Source: Caldisphaera sp.
GTDB taxonomy: Archaea > Thermoproteota > Thermoprotei_A > Sulfolobales > Acidilobaceae
DNA: 11,742 nucleotides
Reading direction: 5' to 3'
Assembly: GCA_049971805.1 (NCBI GenBank)
Contig: JBMFKU010000035.1
Coordinates: forward strand, 1 to 11,742
Within the stretch, counting starts at the first letter, position 1; each line of letters starts with the position of its first letter. The notes beneath the pieces are model-generated. The model was given only the letters and a program-made list of their open reading frames with translations. It had not been told where the DNA came from and did not search any database. The translations under genes and the position numbers were made by a program. Of the stretch, positions 1-6,859 are shown one piece after another.

Positions 1-77
1 GGTGGTTGAGGGCTAAGTCCCTATGCTCGGTCATGAGTTAAAAAAAATGATTGAAATGAAAGTGTAGGGACAAACGG
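1..77 (+). mobile_element. Right end of an IS607-like (tnpB-carrying) element, truncated by the window edge
   Basis: GC-richer than the flanks and ends in ...GGGACAAACGG; an AACGG/GG terminus is typical of IS607-family right ends. The boundary coincides exactly with the point where the upp-like reading frame on the - strand breaks off. The frame from base 3 reads WLRAKSLCSVMS* and a nearby frame reads MIEMKV*, resembling C-terminal tails I recall for crenarchaeal TnpB proteins (recall, not searched). Confidence 0.7.
17..77 (+). ncRNA. Putative 3' part of a TnpB omegaRNA (reRNA) scaffold
   Basis: GTCCCTATGCT (17-27) pairs with AGTGTAGGGAC (61-71) as an 11-bp stem with two G-U pairs (T24-G64, G25-T63). 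These pairs work only for the + strand as RNA. The stem sits immediately before the element end, where omegaRNA scaffolds lie. Confidence 0.55.
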
Positions 78-254
78 TTGTAATCTTAACTTCCTTGTAT
101 TTAATTTCGTTTGAACTAATTATAGCCAAAATTTCCACAATTTTTCATAGCAGCATTAAATTCTTCCCTACTAGTGTTTTTATCTCTCAGCTTTCTTAAT
201 AGATACCTTACATAAGGTATTTCGTTTTCAATGATCCTTAAGCTACTTAAACAT
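76..254 (-). pseudogene. upp: Uracil phosphoribosyltransferase, 5' fragment; frameshifted and IS-interrupted
   Basis: ATG at 254 is preceded by an SD-like AGGTG. Correcting a frameshift right after the ATG and a second one near 135-142 gives M-LSSLRIIENEIPYVRYLLRKLRDKNTSREEFNAAMKNCG/EILAIISSNEIKYKEVKITT. This matches the UPRTase N-terminal pattern (LRDKxT..EF...G.iLa......l.yeev.ieTP) and stops just before the expected Pro, at the IS end. Confidence 0.75.
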
Positions 255-279
255 GCACACCTATGTTTTACAGATTTGC

Positions 280-293
280 AGGTTTTTTAACCT
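280..293. promoter_or_regulatory. Candidate TATA-box region between divergent upp and ATPase subunit H genes
   Basis: AGGTT-TTTT-AACCT is a 5-bp inverted repeat containing TTTTAA on + and TTAAAA on -, about 30 nt upstream of the upp ATG. Confidence 0.3.
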
Positions 294-341
294 CTCTATT
301 TCTTACAATTAGTGGAAATAAATTAATTACTTAGAGGACCT

Positions 342-698
342 ATGCAAAATAAGGTGATGGCAATGGTAAAGTCCGATGTTGCTAAACTTGCTGACGCTGT
401 AAATTGGTTAGAGGAATCATTAAAAGAATTAAGTAATGAATCTAGAGAAAAATCTAGCCAATTGGTATCTCTTGCTGATGATTTAGGAAAGCAGATTTTA
501 GAAGAGAGCAAAAAATACCTAAATAAAGCTATAAACGAAATGGATAACTCATATAAACAAAGCATAGAAATTATGAAAGATGAATATAGCAAAAAAGAAA
601 AGGAGGAGCTACTACTTACGGAAAAATTAGGTAATGAAAATTACAATGCTGCAGTTAAAGAGGTTATTGATCAGATCAAAAAACTGGTTTCTGGGTGA
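342..698 (+). CDS. Probable A/V-type ATP synthase peripheral-stalk subunit H (F/G-like), coiled coil
   Basis: 118-aa E/K-rich helical protein ending in 'NYNAAVKEVIDQIKKLV', like subunit H C-termini, directly upstream of a subunit C-like gene. The true start may be the ATG at 357 or 363, since AGGTGA lies at 352-357. Confidence 0.6.
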   Translation: MQNKVMAMVKSDVAKLADAVNWLEESLKELSNESREKSSQLVSLADDLGKQILEESKKYLNKAINEMDNSYKQSIEIMKDEYSKKEKEELLLTEKLGNENYNAAVKEVIDQIKKLVSG

Positions 699-703
699 AG
701 TAG

Positions 704-1741
704 TTGGGTAATCCATCGACATATGCCCAAGTTGTTCCAAGACTAAGATATTTAAAATCAACGCTGATTCACTCAGACAAAATAAGAGAACTTTCTCCGC
801 CAATTACTGACATATATGCATCTTTAAGAGAAACCAAATATAAGTCTGTATCGGAAACAAAAAATTCGGAAGAGGCGGAAAAGGAAGTAATTAAGCAATT
901 TTATCTCTCTATTGATGATATATCAAGTTTTGTTCCTAAGGAAGCCATAAATCTTACTTTAGCGTTTGCTAGAGAGGATGAAATACATGATGCGCTAATT
1001 ATTTTAAGAAGCATAGTCGATGGAAGAGAAGTTTCTAGAGGAAACCTGTTATCATTACTTTGGAGTCAATCATCTTTAAACAAGATTTTAGCTGAACCGG
1101 ATTCTACAGCAGGTATCCAAAGGTTTGTTGAGCTTTCAGTTAACTATAAACATATTTACAATCCATTAAAAGAAGCATTAAATCTTTTCAACGAATCGAA
1201 GGATACAAATGTAATAACATGGTATTATTTAGCTGCGATATCTAATCTTTACTCTGATTCATTAAATGATCTCAGCGGTATAGACAAAGATTATACACAA
1301 AGAATAATTTGTCCCATAATGGAAGGTAGAATTGCGTTAGGATTAATCCAAGCATCTATGCTAAAGTTGCCATTAAGAATTCTAGATCTAGCTTTAAGCA
1401 AAATTAATATCTGTAATATATCATGGTTAAAAGTTTCAAGCATTTACGAAAGAGAGTCTAGTGATCCGATAGCTTTAGGTACATCATTAAAGGATTTATT
1501 TAAATATATTACAATAGAAGGAAGAAAAGAAATTGAAATAATGGAATCAATAAGAAAGAGCTCAGCCCTTGTTGCAAAAAGAAATTCTGAAATAGCCTAT
1601 CAATCATATCCGTTTTCTCCATCATTAATAGCATCATCATTGACATTGCTAAAATTTGAAGTAAACAACATAAGGAGCATAATTACATCATCTTACTTAA
1701 AGTTAAACAAAGATGAATATGAGCCATTACTTATTTTATAA
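704..1741 (+). CDS. atpC: A/V-type ATP synthase subunit C (AhaC / V0D-AC39 family)
   Basis: 345 aa. N-terminal 'YAQVVPRLRYLKSTLI' and 'SLRETKY' and C-terminal 'YPFSPSLIASSLTLLKFEVNNIRSII' match the subunit C/AC39 pattern (Y..aRir.....Ll; pf.......yl..kE.E..Nir.I). TTG start follows GGGTGA, which overlaps the upstream stop. Confidence 0.75.
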   Translation: MGNPSTYAQVVPRLRYLKSTLIHSDKIRELSPPITDIYASLRETKYKSVSETKNSEEAEKEVIKQFYLSIDDISSFVPKEAINLTLAFAREDEIHDALIILRSIVDGREVSRGNLLSLLWSQSSLNKILAEPDSTAGIQRFVELSVNYKHIYNPLKEALNLFNESKDTNVITWYYLAAISNLYSDSLNDLSGIDKDYTQRIICPIMEGRIALGLIQASMLKLPLRILDLALSKINICNISWLKVSSIYERESSDPIALGTSLKDLFKYITIEGRKEIEIMESIRKSSALVAKRNSEIAYQSYPFSPSLIASSLTLLKFEVNNIRSIITSSYLKLNKDEYEPLLIL

Positions 1742-1742
1742 A

Positions 1743-3272
1743 TTATGCTACTTGTTTATCTTTTAGCTTTACATGACTTTGCGATTCAAGCTTTTTCCAT
1801 TCTTTCCAATTGTAAATGCATCCTGGATCAGAAGCTAATGGATCTCCATAATAACCATAAGCCCTTGCTCTGCAACCCCCACATATATTTTTATATGGAC
1901 ATACATTGCAAAAGCCTTTTAGCTTATTCCTATCTCTTAAATCGTTAAAGAGCTTGGAATTAGTCCATATATCCCAGAATGTTTTTTCTCTTATGCTCCC
2001 AACAATTATAGGTAAAAATACACAAGGTATTATATCACCATTTGGCTGTATACCAGCATATATTCTTCCAGCTCCGCAACCTCCAACAAATTCTGCAACG
2101 GCCTTAACTATTGGATCTCCTGATACAGCAAAGTGTGTTGGTGCAATTTCTTTACCTTGACTCATAACCAATGCTACCCTGCCATATTGTGGAGCAGTAC
2201 TAACTATTTGCATTCCCTTTCTATTTTTCATTTCTGCATATATATATCTTAAGAACTTCTCTCTTTCAATGGGATCAAGATCTAACCAAATGTTTTCTTT
2301 TCCTCTACCAGTTGGAACAAAATTGAAAAATATAACCCTCTTAACTCCTATTTCTTCTGCTAAATCCAACAAATCTTTAGTTTCATTAATATTTAGCTTT
2401 GTTATTGTAACTGCCATTCCATGATCCATGCCTAATTTTACTGCATTTTCTAATGCTTTAACAGCCCTTTCCCATGAACCTTTTACACCCCTAAATTTAT
2501 CGTGTTTTTCAGGCACAGCACTGTCTAAAGATACCTCTACATATCTTAAACCATTTTCTTTGGCCTTTATCAAATTATTTATATTAGAAAATGTCCAACC
2601 ATTTGTTGCCACAGCAGTATGTATTCCTCTCTTAGAAATTTCTTTAGCAATCCTATAAAAATCTGGGTGTATTGTAGGTTCGCCTCCGCTTAATGCTATA
2701 GATGCAACACCTGCCTTGTCTAATTGATCAATTAACATAATTTTTTCTTCTAATGTTAATTCATCTGGCGTAGGCTTTCCTGCTTTCTGATAGCAATGCA
2801 AACAATTTAGATTGCACATATTAGTCATGTTCCATACTATTAGGAATGGCGCAGGCATCTTTTGAGGAACAGTGACACCATAAAATCCTATTCCTTTCAT
2901 TACTAATGAGACCCCTCTCCTAATTGCAGGGTCTGATATGCCCTTTCTAGCTGCATCAACATCACCATTTAGCATTAAAATTCCAATCTTTATTATTTGG
3001 CTAATTGTTGGAATTAAAAACCTAGCAGTAATTGGGCATTCCGAGATTCCTTCACCAACAAAATATGATAATGCATGATAAATTAAAGGGGCATCCTTTA
3101 TTTCACCATTATCATATTTAACTTTTATATCCTTTGTTGCAGCCCTTAATAAAGATCTTGTTGCTGGATTGTTAAATAAGACTCTTATTCCTGCTAACAG
3201 ATGACCTATATCTCCACCCTCTTTTTTATTTTCATCTATTTTATCAATATTATGATCTATATCTATGCTCAT
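1743..3272 (-). CDS. Radical SAM/SPASM-domain protein; probable GMGT synthase (Gms, H-shaped tetraether cross-linking)
   Basis: CX3CX2C motif CNLNCLHC, GGEP motif, and SPASM cysteines (GGCGAG...GDIIPC...CNVCPYKNICGGCRARA...DPGC). A ~140-aa N-terminal extension (LFNNPATRSLLR...DPAIRRGV..VMKGIGFYGVTVPQK) resembles the archaeal family I associate with Gms. The radical SAM/SPASM call is firm; the Gms identity is inference (about 0.6). Confidence 0.85.
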   Translation of the reverse strand: MSIDIDHNIDKIDENKKEGGDIGHLLAGIRVLFNNPATRSLLRAATKDIKVKYDNGEIKDAPLIYHALSYFVGEGISECPITARFLIPTISQIIKIGILMLNGDVDAARKGISDPAIRRGVSLVMKGIGFYGVTVPQKMPAPFLIVWNMTNMCNLNCLHCYQKAGKPTPDELTLEEKIMLIDQLDKAGVASIALSGGEPTIHPDFYRIAKEISKRGIHTAVATNGWTFSNINNLIKAKENGLRYVEVSLDSAVPEKHDKFRGVKGSWERAVKALENAVKLGMDHGMAVTITKLNINETKDLLDLAEEIGVKRVIFFNFVPTGRGKENIWLDLDPIEREKFLRYIYAEMKNRKGMQIVSTAPQYGRVALVMSQGKEIAPTHFAVSGDPIVKAVAEFVGGCGAGRIYAGIQPNGDIIPCVFLPIIVGSIREKTFWDIWTNSKLFNDLRDRNKLKGFCNVCPYKNICGGCRARAYGYYGDPLASDPGCIYNWKEWKKLESQSHVKLKDKQVA

Positions 3273-4705
3273 TTACCCCACCTCAAAGGTTCAAACACCT
3301 TCTTTAATTTAGATTCAAAGGTAGAGAAAATCAAGTTCTTAGCAATAATACCTAATAAATCAAAAAACCTCCCGGCCTTTAATTCTCTACTCATAAACTC
3401 CCATCTAACATAAAACCTACGATAGGCATACATAACCATTTTACCAAGTTCTTGTGCAGTAAAGTTAAAGCCTCTCATTACAGGTTTAACGGTTGTATAG
3501 TGTTCCCAATTATTATCAGTAATCAAATTATATTTTAATGCATAATCATATAATGGTGTTCCAGGATAAGGGGTTAAAGCTGTAAATTGCGCATAATTTG
3601 GGTCTAATTTAATTGCAAAATTTACTGTATTTTTCATATCGTCAATAGTTTCCCATGGAAATCCTAATATAAATGAACCAGTGGTAAATCCTTTAAGCTC
3701 CTTAGCCCAGCTAAATGCTTTCTTTGCCTGCTCAATTGTTATTCTCTTACCTATTTTATTTAGTGTATCTTGACTTGCAGACTCGACACCAAAATACAAT
3801 GCATTACAACCATTATCATATAATAATTTCATTAGGTCTTTGTTTATTAAATCAACTCTAGTCCCGCATGAAAATGAAACATCAAGCCCTCTGCTTTTAA
3901 TAAGTGTGATAAAATCTCTAACAAATTTCCAATTCGCTGTAAATTCATCATCAGTAAATACTATTGTTTTAGAGTTATATTTATTATAGAGATATTCTAT
4001 TTCATTAACAACATTTTCTGCAGATCTATATCTAAACCTTCTTCCCCAATAATAGCTTGTTATGCAATACATACATCCATAAGGGCATCCTCTGCTTGCC
4101 ATTATGTGAGATATATTTATATTTTTGTTAAATAATGTATAGTTATTCATATCAACAAGATGCCTTGCAGGCCATGGTAATTCATCTAAATTCTGTATTA
4201 GAGGTCTGTCCCTAGTTTTTATTAAATCTCCAGAACTTGATTTGAAAGCAATTCCAGCTATGTCGTTTAATCCTGTTTTATCTAAACCTTTTCTTTCTAA
4301 ATAGTTGGTTAGTTCTAGCATTGTTAGCTCTCCTTCACCCCTAACCACTATATCATATCCATTTTGCAACGCCTCATTATATAAAACGCTTGGATGAGTA
4401 CCTCCAGCAATTACTGGTATATCTTGTATTTCTTGTTTTACAATCTTTACAGCCTGGTATCCCTTAGGTGCCATTGGAGTTTGCATAGAAATTCCAATGA
4501 TATCTGGATTAAATGATTTAATCTCAGAGAGCCATGATTTAAAGTCAAGCCTGAGCGTAGGGCTATCGATTACTTTTACCTTATGCCCTGCATTTTCCAA
4601 AACAGATGCTATACTTAAGATACCTAATGGAGGAGCTTTCATACCTGTTACGCTATAAATTTCTAAGTTATGTATTTCCGGCGGTAATGTAAGTACTACT
4701 TTCAT
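3269..4705 (-). CDS. Cobalamin-dependent (class B) radical SAM methyltransferase; candidate GMGT methylase (Gmm)
   Basis: N-terminal B12-binding domain (PPLGILSIASVL, GGTHPS, VVRGEGE), SRGCPYGCMYC CX3CX2C motif, FGVES, ILGFPWET and TPYPGT motifs. Its TGA overlaps the ATG of the SPASM gene (ATGA, 3269-3272). SD-like GGGGAG upstream. The class B call is firm; the Gmm identity is inference from gene context. Confidence 0.85.
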   Translation of the reverse strand: MKVVLTLPPEIHNLEIYSVTGMKAPPLGILSIASVLENAGHKVKVIDSPTLRLDFKSWLSEIKSFNPDIIGISMQTPMAPKGYQAVKIVKQEIQDIPVIAGGTHPSVLYNEALQNGYDIVVRGEGELTMLELTNYLERKGLDKTGLNDIAGIAFKSSSGDLIKTRDRPLIQNLDELPWPARHLVDMNNYTLFNKNINISHIMASRGCPYGCMYCITSYYWGRRFRYRSAENVVNEIEYLYNKYNSKTIVFTDDEFTANWKFVRDFITLIKSRGLDVSFSCGTRVDLINKDLMKLLYDNGCNALYFGVESASQDTLNKIGKRITIEQAKKAFSWAKELKGFTTGSFILGFPWETIDDMKNTVNFAIKLDPNYAQFTALTPYPGTPLYDYALKYNLITDNNWEHYTTVKPVMRGFNFTAQELGKMVMYAYRRFYVRWEFMSRELKAGRFFDLLGIIAKNLIFSTFESKLKKVFEPLRWGK

Positions 4706-4904
4706 TCTAACTCCCCATAAATATATAATATATGACTAAAAAATATACTGCTATCTGATGACTTTTTAAATAAATTTTAATACCAGCCTGATGGAAAATT
4801 TCATTGAAATTTTAGTTAAAAACTATATAAATTATTTAAAAATTTTGAAAAACACATAATAAGTTTTTATAATATGATAGCTATAAATTGATGTGGTGAT
4901 TTAA

Positions 4905-5261
4905 TTGGAAGAAAAAATACCCGAGGTATTTTTGTTAAAGGTTAACTCTCTAAACGACCTCGCTAGGTTAGCCTCAACTATGGCAGCGCATTTAATATTA
5001 ATGCCAATTTATAGGTATATAAGCAATGATAAGACAATTTATTTTGTTCAGGCAACTTATAAGGACTATTATAAATATTATGGAATTCCCATAATTTATT
5101 TCTATGAGGCTAAGGAAGAAATAAATTATGAAAAAGCAAGATACATATTAATTAAAACAGATGAGGTTGGAGAAAAAGTAGAGGTTTCAGATAAAATCAA
5201 GCCTGGATTTATAGCAATACCCATTATTAATATAGAAGGAAGACCTCCATTTTTCCCATAA
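4905..5261 (+). CDS. Conserved crenarchaeal hypothetical protein
   Basis: 118 aa, TTG start preceded by GTGGTGA SD (4893-4899), codon usage like its neighbours. The 'KVNSLNDLARLAS...YYKYYGIPIIYFY...IPII' pattern resembles an uncharacterised crenarchaeal family. Confidence 0.75.
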   Translation: MEEKIPEVFLLKVNSLNDLARLASTMAAHLILMPIYRYISNDKTIYFVQATYKDYYKYYGIPIIYFYEAKEEINYEKARYILIKTDEVGEKVEVSDKIKPGFIAIPIINIEGRPPFFP

Positions 5262-5446
5262 TTTTAAAAAAAGATTATTAAAATTATTCAATGATAATTT
5301 GCATAAATAAATATTTTTCTCATTTATTATTAATAACTTTACTAATTTTATCCTTTTTGTTTTCACAAAAAATTAGATTTAGTTGTTAATGCAAATTAAG
5401 TTAGTGCAAGACCAAAAAATTTTTATCCAAATAAGTTAATACTTTA

Positions 5447-6853
5447 TTGGCGATTAATTTGCAAAATGCATGGATTCCTAATAGCAGGGATGAAATAAAA
5501 AACGAAATGATGAATTCCATTGGTATAAAAAGTATTTTAGACCTATACAGCGATATACCAAAAGAAATATTGATGAAAGAAGAAAAATGGAACACTTTAC
5601 CTATTGGAATAGGTAAATCTTTATCTGAAAGCGAAGTTTCAAGCATAATGGAAGAAATTATTAAAAGTAATATCATATTTGATAACCCAAAGCCATTTGT
5701 TGGAGGTGGAGCATGGCCTCACTACGTTCCAGCAGCAGTAAAATATTTAGCTGAAAGAGGAGAAATTTTAACAGCATATACCCCATATCAACCAGAGATT
5801 AGCCAAGGTTTACTTCAGATATTATTTGAGTATCAAAGCTTAATGGCAGACCTATTGGCAATGGATGTTGTAAATGCAAGCATGTATGATATGGCTAGCT
5901 CTCTAGGTGAAGCTATTTTAATGTCATCAAGGATAAATAATAGGAAAAAAGTGCTTATTTCTGAGACAATAAACCCATTTCATTTTAATGTTGCAAAAAG
6001 TTATTCAGCCCCTCACGAGATAATACTGAGTAAATATACTGTGAATTGGGAAACAGGTTATTCTAATCTAGAAGATATAAAAAATAAGATAGATAACAAT
6101 ACATCAGCAATTTATTTAGAATATCCATCTCAATTTACGGGTACTGTTGATATAAATGCAAAAGCTATTGGAGAGATAGCTCATGATAAGAACATTATAT
6201 TCATTATTGGAGTCAATCCGATAAGCCTAATGATATATAAACCTCCTGGAGAATTAGATGCTGATATAGCAATTGGAGAAGGCCAACCATTAGGTTTGGG
6301 TTTAAACTTTGGAGGTCCCTACTTAGGTATATTTGCAACCAAATGGAATAATGAATTTGTCAGACAAATGCCAGGAAGGATAATTGGTTTAACAAGTACC
6401 GCTGACAATTCCTCAAAGGCATTTGCCATGATATTACAAACAAGGGAGCAACATATTAGAAGAGCTAAAGCAACTAGTAATATAACTACAAATTCTGGAT
6501 TAAGCGCTATGATAGCAACATTTTATATTTCTTTGCTTGGTAAAAAAGGATTAAAAGATGTAGCAGAAGGTATTTGGTATAGAAGCCATTATGCAGCTAA
6601 CGAACTGAAAAAGATTGGATTAATTTCGCCAATACTTAAAGGAGAATTTTTTGGAGATTTTTTGGTTGATTTTAAATCTGATTTTAATTTAATAAGGCAG
6701 AAATTAATATATGATAAAATTTTACTAGGTATACCAATAGCAAATTATGTAAGTTGGGCTAGAAATACATGGGGGTTACTAAGTTTCACAGAGGTACACA
6801 CAAAGAAAGACATCGATATGTTGATAGAAAAAATAAAGGCATATAAGAGGTGA
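5447..6853 (+). CDS. gcvPA: Glycine dehydrogenase (decarboxylating) subunit 1
   Basis: Motifs FVGGGAW.HYVP, TAYTPYQPEISQGLLQ, NASMYD, GEGQPLG...FGGPYLG, MPGRIIG and LQTREQHIRRAKATSNITTN. TTG start without an SD; possibly leaderless, with a TTTTTA element about 25 nt upstream. Confidence 0.95.
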   Translation: MAINLQNAWIPNSRDEIKNEMMNSIGIKSILDLYSDIPKEILMKEEKWNTLPIGIGKSLSESEVSSIMEEIIKSNIIFDNPKPFVGGGAWPHYVPAAVKYLAERGEILTAYTPYQPEISQGLLQILFEYQSLMADLLAMDVVNASMYDMASSLGEAILMSSRINNRKKVLISETINPFHFNVAKSYSAPHEIILSKYTVNWETGYSNLEDIKNKIDNNTSAIYLEYPSQFTGTVDINAKAIGEIAHDKNIIFIIGVNPISLMIYKPPGELDADIAIGEGQPLGLGLNFGGPYLGIFATKWNNEFVRQMPGRIIGLTSTADNSSKAFAMILQTREQHIRRAKATSNITTNSGLSAMIATFYISLLGKKGLKDVAEGIWYRSHYAANELKKIGLISPILKGEFFGDFLVDFKSDFNLIRQKLIYDKILLGIPIANYVSWARNTWGLLSFTEVHTKKDIDMLIEKIKAYKR

Positions 6854-6859
6854 AATAAA

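Noticed and set aside
77-94. Resemblance of GTTGTAATCTTAACTTCC to GTTGTAACTTTACTCCC inside the right-hand element (- strand, about 11679-11695)
   Set aside because: Only 7 contiguous identities, and the left sequence is explained as upp coding DNA.
323-592. 89-aa - strand ORF
   Set aside because: Antisense shadow of the ATPase subunit H-like gene; Ser/Leu/Phe-rich composition typical of a reverse frame.
1745-3413. Short + strand ORFs (1745-1948, 1906-2160, 2428-2658, 3201-3413) as possible RiPP precursors for the SPASM enzyme
   Set aside because: All lie antisense within the radical SAM genes, with no independent expression signals or precursor-like features.
3269-4705. GDGT ring synthase (GrsA/GrsB) assignment
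   Set aside because: As I recall them, Grs proteins have a different, longer N-terminus. This protein has a canonical class B B12-binding start. Not excluded without a phylogeny.
4755-4791. Possible box C/D sRNA (TGATGA at 4756-4761, CTGA at 4788-4791)
   Set aside because: Span of about 36 nt is too short, there are no internal C'/D' boxes, and the would-be guide is nearly all A/T, unlikely to pair with GC-rich thermophile rRNA or tRNA.
5448-5460. TGGCGA at the gcvPA start matching the first 6 nt of the right-hand element's predicted guide
   Set aside because: Only 6 contiguous matches; expected by chance and too short for targeting.
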